NCBI GenBank assembly: GCA_947475545.1 | Contig: CANJLL010000002.1 | Span: 144,950 to 208,949 of the forward strand | Source: Chloroflexota bacterium | Lineage (GTDB): Bacteria > Chloroflexota > Limnocylindria > Limnocylindrales > CSP1-4 | Reading direction: 5' to 3' | Length of the DNA: 64,000 bases | Part shown: positions 1 through 9,369 of the stretch, in pieces | How positions within the stretch are numbered: the stretch's first letter is position 1 | How the letters are laid out: every line of letters begins with the position of its first letter | Made by a program: the position numbers and the translations under genes | Notes under the pieces: generated by a model | Database searches by the model: none | What the model was told of the DNA's origin: nothing | What the model saw: the letters and a program-made list of their open reading frames with translations, nothing else

Positions 1-679
1 TCCGGGCCCGAACGCGCGCGGCATGACCTGGATTGAGCGCCCGGAAGCCACGGACCGTGGCGCCGGCCGGATCGCCGGCGAGCATCCCCTGCCCGACCGG
101 CGAATAGGCGACCACGAGCCGGTGGTGGCTGACCGCCCACGGCACCAACGTCCGCGCGGGCCCCGGAGCGATCAGGCTGAACCGGACCTGGTTGGCGACG
201 ACGGGCGCGCCCAGCGCGGCTTCGGCGGCCTGCCAGGCCTCCAGCGAGTAGTTGCTGACCCCGACGCGCCGCACGAGGCCGGACTCCACGAGCGGGCGCA
301 GGGACTGCATGACGCGTCGGGCGGAGACGAACGGGTTGGGCCAATGCGCGTAGTACAGGTCCAGGGCGTCCACCTGGAGGCGGCGGCGGCTGCCGGCAGC
401 CTGGCGGGCGACGATGCCCTCCAGCGGCGCGATCGGCATGAACTTCGTCGCGACGATCAGCCGCGACCGGGCCTCCGGGGCCAGGCTGGCCAGGGTCTCG
501 CCGATCACCTGCTCGGACCGGCCTGGCCCGTACGCCTCGGCGGTGTCGATCAGCGTGATGCCCAGCTCGACCGCGCGCCGGAGGAGGGCCGGGGCCATCT
601 CGCGGAGGTAATCGTCGCCGTACCCCCACTCCCGGGAGCCAAACTGCCAGGTGCCCAGCCCGATACGCGAGACCCGCAT
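1..679 (-). CDS. aldo/keto reductase family oxidoreductase (3' part truncated by window start)
   Basis: The reverse-strand translation from ~703/679 downward reads MQQVEAAGMRVSRIGLGTWQFGS...LIDTAEAYG...YYAHWPNPF...VGVSNYS, a typical AKR N-terminus and core. The frame runs off the window, so it is not in the ORF track. The start is either MRVSRIG (679) or MQQ (703). Confidence 0.8.
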   Translation of the reverse strand, partial: MRVSRIGLGTWQFGSREWGYGDDYLREMAPALLRRAVELGITLIDTAEAYGPGRSEQVIGETLASLAPEARSRLIVATKFMPIAPLEGIVARQAAGSRRRLQVDALDLYYAHWPNPFVSARRVMQSLRPLVESGLVRRVGVSNYSLEAWQAAEAALGAPVVANQVRFSLIAPGPARTLVPWAVSHHRLVVAYSPVGQGMLAGDPAGATVRGFRALNPGHAARVRAR

Positions 680-689
680 CCCGGCCGCC

Positions 690-1913
690 TCAACCTGCTG
701 CATCGGATCGGGCCTTCATCGTTCGGGGTGCCGGTCGGGCCACGACCGCGTCCAGCCCGGCCAGGATCCCGTCCGCCTTGGGCGCCGGAAGCTGGGGCTC
801 GGGACCGCCGCCGCCTTCTGCCGCGCACTCCGCGAGCCTGGCGTCCAACCTGGCGAGCAGGCCCGGGATGTGGGCCCGGAGCGCATCCCCGTAGGCCGGC
901 CCAATCTCCGCCATCGCGGCCTGCTCGCGCTTGGTCTTCGGGGCGGCGAACCGGATGTGGATGATGGTGCCGGTGGCCGTCGGCTCCAGCTCGATCGTGT
1001 GGAGCGTCGTCACCGGGCCGCCGGGCGCCTCCAGGATGGTCCGGTCGGTGACGTAGTCGTACGGCCGCCAGTCCACGATCTCCTCGACCACGGCGTCCTT
1101 GCCGTGCATGCAGTGGTTGGACGACCCGGGGCCCCGCCGACCGCCGGTTGCGCCCTGGATGGAGACGGCCGTCACCCACGGCTGCCACGCCATCCGCTGC
1201 CCGGGCCTGGTGAGGTACTCCCAGGCGATCTGCGGCGGCACGTCGGTCGGCACCGAGATCGCCAGGATCGCGTCGGCGGGCGAGACGCGGACGCGGCCGC
1301 GGGCCTCTTCCTCCTGCCAGCGGCGCTCCAGGTCGTGAGCCCAGGCCGGCACGTCGCCGATCCGGTCGTACGTCTCGGTGTGGGGGCGCATGCCCAGCGC
1401 CACCGGATCGAGGCCCGCGGCATCGATGCAGCGCCAAGTGATGAGGGCGTAGGCCGGCATGTCCAGCCGGTCGGCCACGTCGTTCTTCAGGAGCCGGTGC
1501 GCGACGATCACGTCCGAGCCAAGCAGCTCCTGGCGGCCGGCGACTTTCTGGATGATCGCGGCGCCGTGGTGGACGACGAACTTCAGGTCGAGGTCCGGAA
1601 TCCGGGCGCAGGCCTGGCACTCGCAGGTCGTGGCCTGCCGGACGTCACGCCGTCGGCGCCGGAAGCCGAAGTAGCAGCGCTCGATCGTGTCGAGGAGCAT
1701 CGAGCCGTCGACAGCCTCGCCGATGGCGTAGGTGAAGGCCGCGTCGCCTTCGAGCTTGGCGAGCCGGAACGCCGGCCGCAGGGCCGACACCACGGCGCCG
1801 ATCAGGTCCGCAAGGATGTCCTGGGCGTGATCCAGCTCGACCTCGGCGAGGTAGCCGGTGTACCCAGAGACATCCGCGATCAGGCAGCAGGTTGGCTGGG
1901 CCGTCGAGAGCAT
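690..1913 (-). CDS. DUF2652-like (nucleotidyl-cyclase-like fold) protein with C-terminal SRPBCC/polyketide-cyclase-like domain
   Basis: Within ORF 690..2438 the coherent protein starts at MLSTAQPTCCLIADVSGYTGY (ATG at 1913). The upstream part of the ORF is a low-complexity antisense extension. Confidence 0.7.
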   Translation of the reverse strand: MLSTAQPTCCLIADVSGYTGYLAEVELDHAQDILADLIGAVVSALRPAFRLAKLEGDAAFTYAIGEAVDGSMLLDTIERCYFGFRRRRRDVRQATTCECQACARIPDLDLKFVVHHGAAIIQKVAGRQELLGSDVIVAHRLLKNDVADRLDMPAYALITWRCIDAAGLDPVALGMRPHTETYDRIGDVPAWAHDLERRWQEEEARGRVRVSPADAILAISVPTDVPPQIAWEYLTRPGQRMAWQPWVTAVSIQGATGGRRGPGSSNHCMHGKDAVVEEIVDWRPYDYVTDRTILEAPGGPVTTLHTIELEPTATGTIIHIRFAAPKTKREQAAMAEIGPAYGDALRAHIPGLLARLDARLAECAAEGGGGPEPQLPAPKADGILAGLDAVVARPAPRTMKARSDAAG

Positions 1914-2007
1914 CGGTTCTCGTATGGTGGGGCGATCCGGGCCACTATACGGGCACGCCGCGCTCTCACGGCCCCCGGTCCTGGGACGGCAGCTTGCGGG
2001 CATCAAG

Positions 2008-2847
2008 ATGGACGACTTCAGCCCACGCAGAGCCCCAGTCGAGTACTGGTTCTGGCGCTTCCGTCCCGGTGACCTGTCCTTCCTGGTCGACTTCATCGTC
2101 CGCCAGGATCGTGACGCGGAGGTGCGCGTCAGCGTCTGGGTGCGCGGCGAGGGACGCGTCGCCCGCGTCACGGACGGCGGCGCTTCCGCCGCCGAGTCCG
2201 GGATCGCCATCGGCAAGAGCGTGTTCGAACGCCGCGGCTCGCACGGCGCCGTGGACGACATCCGCTGGGACCTGGCGTGGGATGCGGGCAGCAGGCTCGT
2301 CGACCCCAGCCCGCCGCTCCTTGGTCGGTTGCACGCCCTGGACCTCGAGATCCTGATCCGGCCGGATGCGCGCTTCCGCGGCAGCGTGACCGTCGGCGAG
2401 GAGACGTTCACGATCGACGACGTGGCCGGGGCGATCACCCACTACTGGGGCCGCCGGCTGCCCGACCGCTGGTGGTGGATTTCCGCCTCCGAGTTTGAAG
2501 GTGCGCCCGGGATGCGCCTGGAGGCGATCGTCCTGAGATCGAGCGTGTGGGGCCGCGGACGGCTGCCCGTCGACCTGGGGTACCTGTGGGTCACCGATGG
2601 CACGCAGGCCGACATGACCGTCTGGCCGGTCACGGGAATCCTGCGCTCGCGCGTCCTTGGCACCGGCATCCAGATCGACTCGCTGAGCGCGCGCGGGCGT
2701 CGCCACCGGGTGCGTGCGAGCGCGCCGGAGACGTCGTTCAACGATCTGGGTGAGGGAATCCGCCAGACGCTCCTGGGCGACCTCGTGTGCGATGGCTCAC
2801 GGGCCGTGGCGGGGACGGTGGGCCTCGAATCCCGCCACTCGGGCTGA
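2008..2847 (+). CDS. hypothetical protein (conserved-looking, Trp-rich)
   Basis: ORF 1858..2847; ATG at 2008 (MDDFSPRRAPVEYWFWRF). It diverges from the 690..1913 gene. Confidence 0.55.
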   Translation: MDDFSPRRAPVEYWFWRFRPGDLSFLVDFIVRQDRDAEVRVSVWVRGEGRVARVTDGGASAAESGIAIGKSVFERRGSHGAVDDIRWDLAWDAGSRLVDPSPPLLGRLHALDLEILIRPDARFRGSVTVGEETFTIDDVAGAITHYWGRRLPDRWWWISASEFEGAPGMRLEAIVLRSSVWGRGRLPVDLGYLWVTDGTQADMTVWPVTGILRSRVLGTGIQIDSLSARGRRHRVRASAPETSFNDLGEGIRQTLLGDLVCDGSRAVAGTVGLESRHSG

Positions 2848-2903
2848 TCGCGTCCTGCCGCCTCTCCCAGAGGCTGGCAGCCCGCCCGGGCGCCGACGGC
2901 CCG

Positions 2904-3368
2904 TCAGACGAGGACGGCGTCCCCCACGCGGATCGTCCCGCCCGACACGATCTCCACGCGGATCCCGGCCCGGTCCTCCAGCACCGCCCTGAGCCCGGGG
3001 CGGCCGGTGACGCGCTCCAGGTGGCCACACGGCGGGCACGGTCGGATGGAGCGGAGTTGGACGTCGCCGATCGCGAACTCCTTGCCCTCCAGGGCGCCCA
3101 GGTCCACGCCGCGGACCACGACGTTACGGCGGTGCTCGCCGGGCGCCATGGGCCAGCCCTCGGCGGCGATCGCCTCGAGCTCCTCGGCCGCGATGAGCGT
3201 CACGTGGCGGTCCGGGCCGGGCTTGGCGGAGTACGTGCCCACCCCCAGCTCGTAGCGATCGCCGGCGAGGCCACGACCGGTGACGGCCTCGGCCGACTCG
3301 ACGGAGCGGAGCGGACGCGTGGCGTCGTCCGTGACAAAGATGGCTTCGACGTGCGGCTGGCTGGTCAT
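2904..3368 (-). CDS. MOSC domain-containing protein (YiiM-like)
   Basis: Full ORF with MOSC beta-barrel motifs (GDRYE...GxxxENxxVxGxDL...CxPC). Confidence 0.8.
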   Translation of the reverse strand: MTSQPHVEAIFVTDDATRPLRSVESAEAVTGRGLAGDRYELGVGTYSAKPGPDRHVTLIAAEELEAIAAEGWPMAPGEHRRNVVVRGVDLGALEGKEFAIGDVQLRSIRPCPPCGHLERVTGRPGLRAVLEDRAGIRVEIVSGGTIRVGDAVLV

Positions 3369-3586
3369 GCGCGGAGGATAGCAGCGGCTTGGGTGCGTCT
3401 CCCGCCGGTCCGCCGGCTCAGCCCTTGGGCTGCACCACCGCCAGCACGTTGCGGCTGCGCGGCGGCGATTGCAGGGCCCTCCACAGGGTCGCGGCCCGTC
3501 ATGCTCCCGAAAGGTGGGCGGTCGCAGTCTGCGGGCAAGAGGTCAGTCCCGACCTCGAACCAACCAGACCGCGAAAGGAACGACCA

Positions 3587-4204
3587 GTGAACCGAACCAT
3601 CGCCAGCGCGGCGCTCGCCGGCGCACTCCTCCTCGGTGGCACCGGTGCCGCCATCCTCCCCTCGCTTGTCGCAGCCGCCGAACCGACGGCCGCACCCGCC
3701 GTCAGCGCGACCGCGCCCGTTGCCAACGACACCGATCCGGCCTGCCGCCACGGCGGACCCGGCGGACCGGGCATGGGTGGGCCCGGCAAGGGCGGCCCCG
3801 GCGGGATGCATGCCGAAGCCGTCAGCGACGCCTCCGTCGTGGCGACCGCGCTCGGCATCTCCGAGGCCGACCTGACCACGGCGCTCCAGGCCCGCAAGTC
3901 GCTGGCTGACGTCGCGGCGGCCAACAATGTCGACGCCGAGAAGGTGATCGACGCCCTCGTCGCCGATGCCCGGGCCGAGATCGCCGCCGACGTCACCGCC
4001 GGCACACTGACCCAGGCCCAGGCCGACACCCAGCTGGCCAACGTGGTCCAGCGCATCACCGACCGGGTCAACCACGCGGGCTTCGGCCCGGGCGCCGGCG
4101 GACCCGGCGGGCCCGGCATGGGCGGCCCCGGCAGGGGCGGCCCCGGCGGCCACCACGACGGTCCCAACCAGGCTCCAGCCACCACCGCGACGCCCGCCGG
4201 CTGA
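3587..4204 (+). CDS. secreted protein with duplicated Gly/Pro-rich GGPGGPGMGGPG motifs
   Basis: GTG at 3587 preceded by AAAGGAA. Signal peptide VNRTIASAALAGALLLGG. A helical central domain is flanked by two near-identical GP-rich blocks. Confidence 0.65.
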   Translation: MNRTIASAALAGALLLGGTGAAILPSLVAAAEPTAAPAVSATAPVANDTDPACRHGGPGGPGMGGPGKGGPGGMHAEAVSDASVVATALGISEADLTTALQARKSLADVAAANNVDAEKVIDALVADARAEIAADVTAGTLTQAQADTQLANVVQRITDRVNHAGFGPGAGGPGGPGMGGPGRGGPGGHHDGPNQAPATTATPAG

Positions 4205-4421
4205 TCACCGGCACCCAACCCACCCCGCTCGACCCGGGTCCGGCACCGCCGGTCCCGGGTCGTTTCGCGCCCCTGGAAAGCGGCGCGTCGCGCCCCGGCC
4301 AGGCGCGTCGGCGCGGCGGCCCGAGGTCAAGCGGCCCGTTGGGCTACCCTGTACGCACGGCAGCCTGTTCACGGTGGCCGGCAAGCGAGCCCATCGGGCC
4401 CGCCCACCTCGAAAGGATCCG

Positions 4422-4682
4422 ATGGCCAAGCACTCGAAGTACGAGCGCGAGATGCGCGCCCAGCAGGCCGAGAAGGTCCGCCAGCTGGAATCGGCGTGGG
4501 TCGCCGCCCTGCCCGCCGACGTGATGAAGGCGCATACGCGCGACGTCGATGCCGCCCGAGCCCGCGGTCCGCTCCCGCCGCCGCCGAACCAGGCGCCCGG
4601 GACCCTGCCGCATCCGCCGCGACCCGGTCGCGAGCCCAAGCCCGTCAAGGACGACGAGCGACCGCGCCGCCGCTCCTACTAG
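4422..4682 (+). CDS. small hypothetical protein (MAKHSKYEREMRAQQAEKV...)
   Basis: ATG at 4422 preceded by GAAAGGA. Charged helical N-terminus and Pro-rich C-terminus. Confidence 0.45.
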   Translation: MAKHSKYEREMRAQQAEKVRQLESAWVAALPADVMKAHTRDVDAARARGPLPPPPNQAPGTLPHPPRPGREPKPVKDDERPRRRSY

Positions 4683-4826
4683 CCGTCCGCTCCTGCCAGC
4701 CGTCCGCTACGACGCGTAGCGCACGGCGGCCCCGCCAGGGCCATCGACTCGGGGGTCCCGCCAGGGGCCCCCGTCTTGTTTGCCTGGCCGTCTCGGTCGG
4801 CTGCCCGTCGACTCCCCGTCAGCACA

Positions 4827-6650
4827 CTAGGGGCCCACTCCCGGTCGGGCCGTCGTCGGCTCGGGTGCCCGCCGCCGCGCGGCCAGCCGCGCCACCAGAC
4901 CCGCGATCCCGGCCAGCCAGCCGTCGAGGATGGTCCGGATCGCCGGCGTCAGCGCGCCGAGCGCGAAGATCGTGAACCCGTCGACGCCGTGCAGGATGTA
5001 GCGGGCACCCGATTCGTGCTCCACGACGCTCCAGACACCCAGGTAGAGCACGAAGATGGAGACCGCCATCCCCGTCCCGACCAGCAGGAATGGCAGGTAT
5101 CGGCGTGGATCGTGGACCGCGGCCAGGGCGGCAACCAGGAGGAACCCCACCCATGTGGGCTGGTACTCGCCGAAGAAGTAGCGCACCAGCGGCCCGAATG
5201 AGCCCTCGGGGTGGAACGCCAGGAGCGAGCCGAGGTCCAGCGAGTAGTAGGCGCCGATCTCGTGGGCCTTCAGCTGGGCCCCCCACAGCTGGTTCGCGGC
5301 GAGGGCGCCGGCGGCGACAGCGGCGAGGGCGACGAGGTACGGCCGAAGGCTGCGGCCCGCCGGACGCAGGACGACCCCGGCGACCAGGAGCGTCGGGACG
5401 ATCGCGGGCAGCAGCAGGAACGAGAGCGGCGGCTTGCTGATCGCCGCCAGGACCCCCAGGCCCACGCCCAGGAGGGCCAGCGCGGGGACCCGGCGGGTGG
5501 CGCTCGCGGACCGCCGCGCGTGGTCCAGCAGGACGAACAACAGGATGGTGAGGACGGTGGCAAACGCCTCGCCGTACCAGAGCTCGAAGAACATCGAGTG
5601 GATCCAGTCGCCCTGGAAGAGGAGCACGTACCCGACGACGCACACCAGCGCGGCGGTGGGACCAAGCAGGTCACGCGCGCCGCGGCCGGCGAGACCGCGC
5701 GTCAGCAGCGCCAGCGCCAGGAACCCGTACAGGAACGGGAGCGCCCGGCCGGCGGCGAAGAACAGGCCGTCGGGCAGCCAGCCGAGCAGGACATTGGCGA
5801 CCAGGGGGTAGCCTGGCGCGTAGCCGGCCGAGTAGAAGGTCGCCAGGTAGCGGTCCCAGCCGACCTGGTGGAGCACCTCGGTGGCGCTCCACCAGAAGCT
5901 GACCTCGTCGCCGATGGCGGCGGGTCGGTAGAACGCGAGGTGGACGGCATCAAGGGCGAGCGCGAACCCGAGCAGCCCCAGCGCCGCGGCCGCCACCAGC
6001 GCGACGCCAAGGCGAATGAGCCGGCCGGCTCGACCGGGCGAGCCTGGTTCAGGCCGCACGTTGGGATCTGATTGGCGCCGGGTGTCCCCGTGGTCGGGGA
6101 GACCGCCCGGCTCGTCGTCGGGCGCCCCACCCGGCGCGTCGCTCGCCAGGTCGCCCGGTTCACCGCCCTGCGCGCGGCCCTGCGCGCGGCCCTGTGCGCC
6201 GCCCTGCGCGCCGCCCCGCGTTCCCCACCAGGCGACTCCCGCCGCAACAATCACCGCGACCACCGTGGCGACGGCCAGCAGGGGCGGACCCGCGAGCGCG
6301 GGAGCCAGCGTGGCGACGGCCAGCGCCATTAGTGCCGCGGTGCCCACGAGGGCGAGGAGCAGCCAGGCCGGGGCAAGGCGCCCGCCCAGCGTCAACACCC
6401 CAAGGGGGCCGCGCCGGATCGTGACCAGCGCCAGGACAGTCCAGGCACCGATGACGGCCAGCGTCACGGCGGCCTCCCCGACGGGATGGAGCGGCTCGGT
6501 CAGCCCGGGGCCTGTCCCGCGAACAAGCCCGGCCACGGTCCCCGCAAGCGCCCCCAGCTCGCGCCGAAGATCCACGAACCAGATCCTGCCCATGTACAGG
6601 GCCAGTCCGGCCAGCAGCAACCATCGGGCGATGTCGCGCAGTCGTGCCAC
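4827..6650 (-). CDS. polytopic integral membrane protein (GT-C/mannosyltransferase-like topology; function unknown)
   Basis: ORF 4827..6854 has more than 12 predicted TM helices. The likely start is GTG at 6650 (VARLRDIARWLLL). An internal loop carries a GAQGGAQGRAQGRAQGG repeat. Confidence 0.6.
   Translation of the reverse strand: MARLRDIARWLLLAGLALYMGRIWFVDLRRELGALAGTVAGLVRGTGPGLTEPLHPVGEAAVTLAVIGAWTVLALVTIRRGPLGVLTLGGRLAPAWLLLALVGTAALMALAVATLAPALAGPPLLAVATVVAVIVAAGVAWWGTRGGAQGGAQGRAQGRAQGGEPGDLASDAPGGAPDDEPGGLPDHGDTRRQSDPNVRPEPGSPGRAGRLIRLGVALVAAAALGLLGFALALDAVHLAFYRPAAIGDEVSFWWSATEVLHQVGWDRYLATFYSAGYAPGYPLVANVLLGWLPDGLFFAAGRALPFLYGFLALALLTRGLAGRGARDLLGPTAALVCVVGYVLLFQGDWIHSMFFELWYGEAFATVLTILLFVLLDHARRSASATRRVPALALLGVGLGVLAAISKPPLSFLLLPAIVPTLLVAGVVLRPAGRSLRPYLVALAAVAAGALAANQLWGAQLKAHEIGAYYSLDLGSLLAFHPEGSFGPLVRYFFGEYQPTWVGFLLVAALAAVHDPRRYLPFLLVGTGMAVSIFVLYLGVWSVVEHESGARYILHGVDGFTIFALGALTPAIRTILDGWLAGIAGLVARLAARRRAPEPTTARPGVGP
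6163..6220. repeat. 12-bp tandem repeat (GCCCTGCGCGCG x ~4) inside the membrane-protein gene
   Basis: Direct reading: gccctgcgcgcggccctgcgcgcggccctgtgcgccgccctgcgcgccgcc. Confidence 0.7.
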
Positions 6651-7033
6651 CCCGGGAGGATAGCGAAGGATCCAGCGGCCGGCCTTGCCCGGCCATGGGA
6701 CCCGCTCCGCGGGATGACCTTCGGCCCCCGCATTCCGACGCCGGTGGGTCGCCGACGACGGACGTCGGCGCCGCGCGACGCCGGGACCGTGGCCCTGCCG
6801 ACCACGGGCGGGCCACGAGCGCCGACGAACCCCTCCGTCCCCACGCCCGACCATGTCATCCCGGCGCCCGTCTCGCCCGGAGCTACGCCTGACCGCCCGA
6901 TCCCGGCGCCCGTCGTGGTCATTTCGCGCCCACGTCCACCGGCTTCAACCCCACGGCGTCTGGGGATCGGCCGGGCCGCTGGGCAGACTCAGGACAGGCA
7001 CGAATGCGTCCCAGAAGGACAGAGGTGAATGGA

Positions 7034-7309
7034 ATGAACGGTGGAGTCCTGACCAACAAGCCGGAGACTCACCCTCCCGGCATCGTCCACGCGATCGGCC
7101 TGGTTCTTGGCTGGGTCGTGCTCACCGCGGTCGTCGAGCTGGCACTGGTCACCTTCTGGTTCGCCTCGACGATCGCCGTCTTCTCCTTCGCGGGCCCGCT
7201 CCCCACCCTGATCGGGATCGGGTTCGCGGTCCTGGCGTTGGCCGGTGCCCCGCTCGGCTGTGCGTTCATCGTGCGCCGCGGCGACCGCTGGCTGATGTCG
7301 GACAAGTGA
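7034..7309 (+). CDS. small membrane protein (2-3 TM)
   Basis: ATG at 7034 preceded by AGGACAGAGGTGA; hydrophobic segments. Confidence 0.5.
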   Translation: MNGGVLTNKPETHPPGIVHAIGLVLGWVVLTAVVELALVTFWFASTIAVFSFAGPLPTLIGIGFAVLALAGAPLGCAFIVRRGDRWLMSDK

Positions 7310-7334
7310 CAGACCGGCCCTGGAGGCGCGTGCT

Positions 7335-8033
7335 GTGAAGAGCAACGTGTCCGGACTCGGCGGCGGCGGGAAGCTGGGGGTGCTCCTGGCAATCCCCGAC
7401 TTCCCGATGCTGCGGGCCGGCTTCCGCTCCATCATCGACGGCGAGCCTGACATGCGGGTCGTGGGCGATGTCGACGGCGCCGCGCTGGTCGATGAGCTCG
7501 ACCGGACCGGGGCCGACGTGGTCATCGCCGAATGCCACCCACGCGGGGATGACCGCGCGTCCTTCCCGGCCATCGAGGCCATCAAGGCCGTCCGCCCCAC
7601 GACCCGGCTGATCACCATCGACTACCGGACCGCCGGCGACCACTTCTCGCAGGTCCTCAAGGCCGGCGCCGACGGCTTCCTGGGCCGCGAAGCCGGCCCG
7701 GACGACGTCATCAGCGCCGTCCGGAGCGTGAGCCGCGGACAGACGTACGTCAGTCCCGCGGTCGTGACCCGAATGGTCAACGCCTTCGTCCTCCATAGCG
7801 ACCAGGCCACCGCCGAGGACGCCTACGCCTCCCTCACCGAGCGAGAGCGCGAGGTGCTCCTCCTGGCCGCGGTGGGGCATACCAACCGCGAGATCGCCGA
7901 GGCGATCCACCTGTCCGAGCAGACGATCCACAACTACCGCGCCACGGTGATGGAGAAACTGGACCTCCACGACCGGATGGACCTGCTCAAGTACGCGATC
8001 CGACGCGGGCTGGTGAACACCGCCGACCTGTAG
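7335..8033 (+). CDS. LuxR/NarL-family response regulator with degenerate receiver (phospho-acceptor Asp apparently absent)
   Basis: GTG at 7335 with GGAGG 8 nt upstream. C-terminal LuxR HTH (LTEREREVLLLAAVGHTNREIAEAIHLSEQTIHNYR). In the receiver, the DD pair is replaced by PD and the D-site reads VVIAECHP. Confidence 0.8.
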   Translation: MKSNVSGLGGGGKLGVLLAIPDFPMLRAGFRSIIDGEPDMRVVGDVDGAALVDELDRTGADVVIAECHPRGDDRASFPAIEAIKAVRPTTRLITIDYRTAGDHFSQVLKAGADGFLGREAGPDDVISAVRSVSRGQTYVSPAVVTRMVNAFVLHSDQATAEDAYASLTEREREVLLLAAVGHTNREIAEAIHLSEQTIHNYRATVMEKLDLHDRMDLLKYAIRRGLVNTADL

Positions 8034-8048
8034 GCGGCGGCCCCAAGG

Positions 8049-8669
8049 TCAGGACCTGGCGAACTCGATCAACGAAGCGCAGTCGTCCAGGGCCGCGCGT
8101 CGGATCGCCGCCAGATACGCCGTGCGGGTTGCCTCACGATCCTGGCCGCTCGCGCCCCACGGCAGTGCCGGGAGGGCCCGGGCCGCCAGGTAGAGGTCCG
8201 CCAGCAGGCGCGTGGCTCGACCGTTGCCGTTCCTGAACGGGTGGATGGTCACAAGACGGTAGTGGAGCCGAACGGCAAGCTCCGTGGGCGGGTAGACCTC
8301 CTGTGCATGCCAGTACCTGGCGTCATCGACGGCCTGCCGAGTGTCTGCGACGATGCGGTGCGGCGCGACGCCCACGTTCGTCTCGCGCCGCCGGAGCGCT
8401 CCGGACCACCGCCAGACGTCCGCGAACATCCGGCGGTGCAGCTCAAGCAGGAAGCGGTCGTCAAGCACGGCGAGGGGGCCAATGGCCCGGGCTCGCTTGA
8501 GCGCCCACGGCAGCGCCGTCGTGATGGAATCGTACTCCGCCTGGTTCAGGTCACCGCGTGTCGCGACCCAGGTCGGGACCAACCCCTCCGCATCCTCCAG
8601 CTCGAGCGGCGTGCTGCCGTCGGGTTGGGGTCCGATGGACCAGAGCCAGGCCTCGCGTGGGTTGGCCAT
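8049..8669 (-). CDS. Fic-family protein, mobile mystery protein B-like
   Basis: Fic motif HPFRNGNGRATR. It is paired with an upstream HTH gene. Confidence 0.8.
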   Translation of the reverse strand: MANPREAWLWSIGPQPDGSTPLELEDAEGLVPTWVATRGDLNQAEYDSITTALPWALKRARAIGPLAVLDDRFLLELHRRMFADVWRWSGALRRRETNVGVAPHRIVADTRQAVDDARYWHAQEVYPPTELAVRLHYRLVTIHPFRNGNGRATRLLADLYLAARALPALPWGASGQDREATRTAYLAAIRRAALDDCASLIEFARS

Positions 8670-8675
8670 CGCGCG

Positions 8676-9173
8676 CTACTGCCGATGTGTCGGCGGGGTC
8701 GCCGGGCTGTCCCAGACCCGGCCTTCCGCGATCAGCTCCTCGGCGACCTGCACGACGACGTCGCGCCGCCGATCGCCGGGAATGTCCTGGCCTTCAAGCG
8801 CCATCGTCTGGGACACATAGCCAATCTGCTGCTCAGCGGCCTTGATCGCATGGCGCTGAACCGTGTCCTGGAGGGACGTGACCGGCACCAACGCATAGAC
8901 CACCCGACAGTCGAGGGCCTCGGCGACCTGCGCCAGCTTGGCCAGGGAGATGCCTCCGCGCGTCTCGGACGCCTCCAGTTGGGAGATGGCGGCCGCCGAG
9001 ACCCCGACGCGTGCCGCGAGGGCGGCCTGACTCATGCCCAGCGCATCACGGACGGCGCGAATCCATCCGGCGTGGGGGCGGGCAAACGGGGCGGCCTGGA
9101 GGTCGGCCAGCCGACGATCAAGCTCTCGCCGAGCCTGGGTGGCGCGATCGATGGTCTTCATGAAGGTATACAT
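8676..9173 (-). CDS. HTH (XRE-type) protein, mobile mystery protein A-like
   Basis: HTH LGMSQAALAARVGVSAAAISQLE. There are 7 nt before the Fic-B gene. Confidence 0.75.
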   Translation of the reverse strand: MYTFMKTIDRATQARRELDRRLADLQAAPFARPHAGWIRAVRDALGMSQAALAARVGVSAAAISQLEASETRGGISLAKLAQVAEALDCRVVYALVPVTSLQDTVQRHAIKAAEQQIGYVSQTMALEGQDIPGDRRRDVVVQVAEELIAEGRVWDSPATPPTHRQ

Positions 9174-9369
9174 TACTCAAGGACGCCGCTATGTCAAGGT
9201 ATTCCTTGCTCAACGGCGTCCACACTTCAATGCATACCTTGAGTCTCGCCTTCCATCCGGCACGTGGAGCCTATGTTGCGCGACACGACGCCGGGGCGGT
9301 AAAGTGTGCCTGGCCAATTACCTTGGTCACTGCGGCACACTTCATGGACCCTCGCGGAGCATTCGCGCC
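9174..9369. promoter_or_regulatory. AT-richer divergent promoter/operator region with repeated TCAAGGTAT motifs
   Basis: tgAAGGTATac, gTCAAGGTATtcc and the inverted copy gcATACCTTGAg lie within ~100 bp between the divergent MMP-A and Fic genes. Confidence 0.5.

Noticed and set aside
23-2072. Long plus-strand ORFs (23..964, 651..2072) and minus-strand ORF 550..1620 overlapping the AKR and DUF2652 genes
   Set aside because: Low-complexity Arg/Pro/Gly-rich translations typical of antisense or out-of-frame reading in 70% GC DNA. The opposite-strand genes have clear family motifs.
6163-6220. Tandem repeats (6163-6220, 41755-41809, 53041-53121, PT-linker repeats 61540-61760 and 62280-62720) as a CRISPR array
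   Set aside because: The units are contiguous with no unique spacers, most lie inside coding sequence, and no cas genes are present.
8049-9173. The mobile mystery protein A/B pair as evidence of an active mobile element
   Set aside because: No integrase, transposase, relaxase, tRNA or flanking direct repeats were seen in the window. The name reflects a family label, not demonstrated mobility here.
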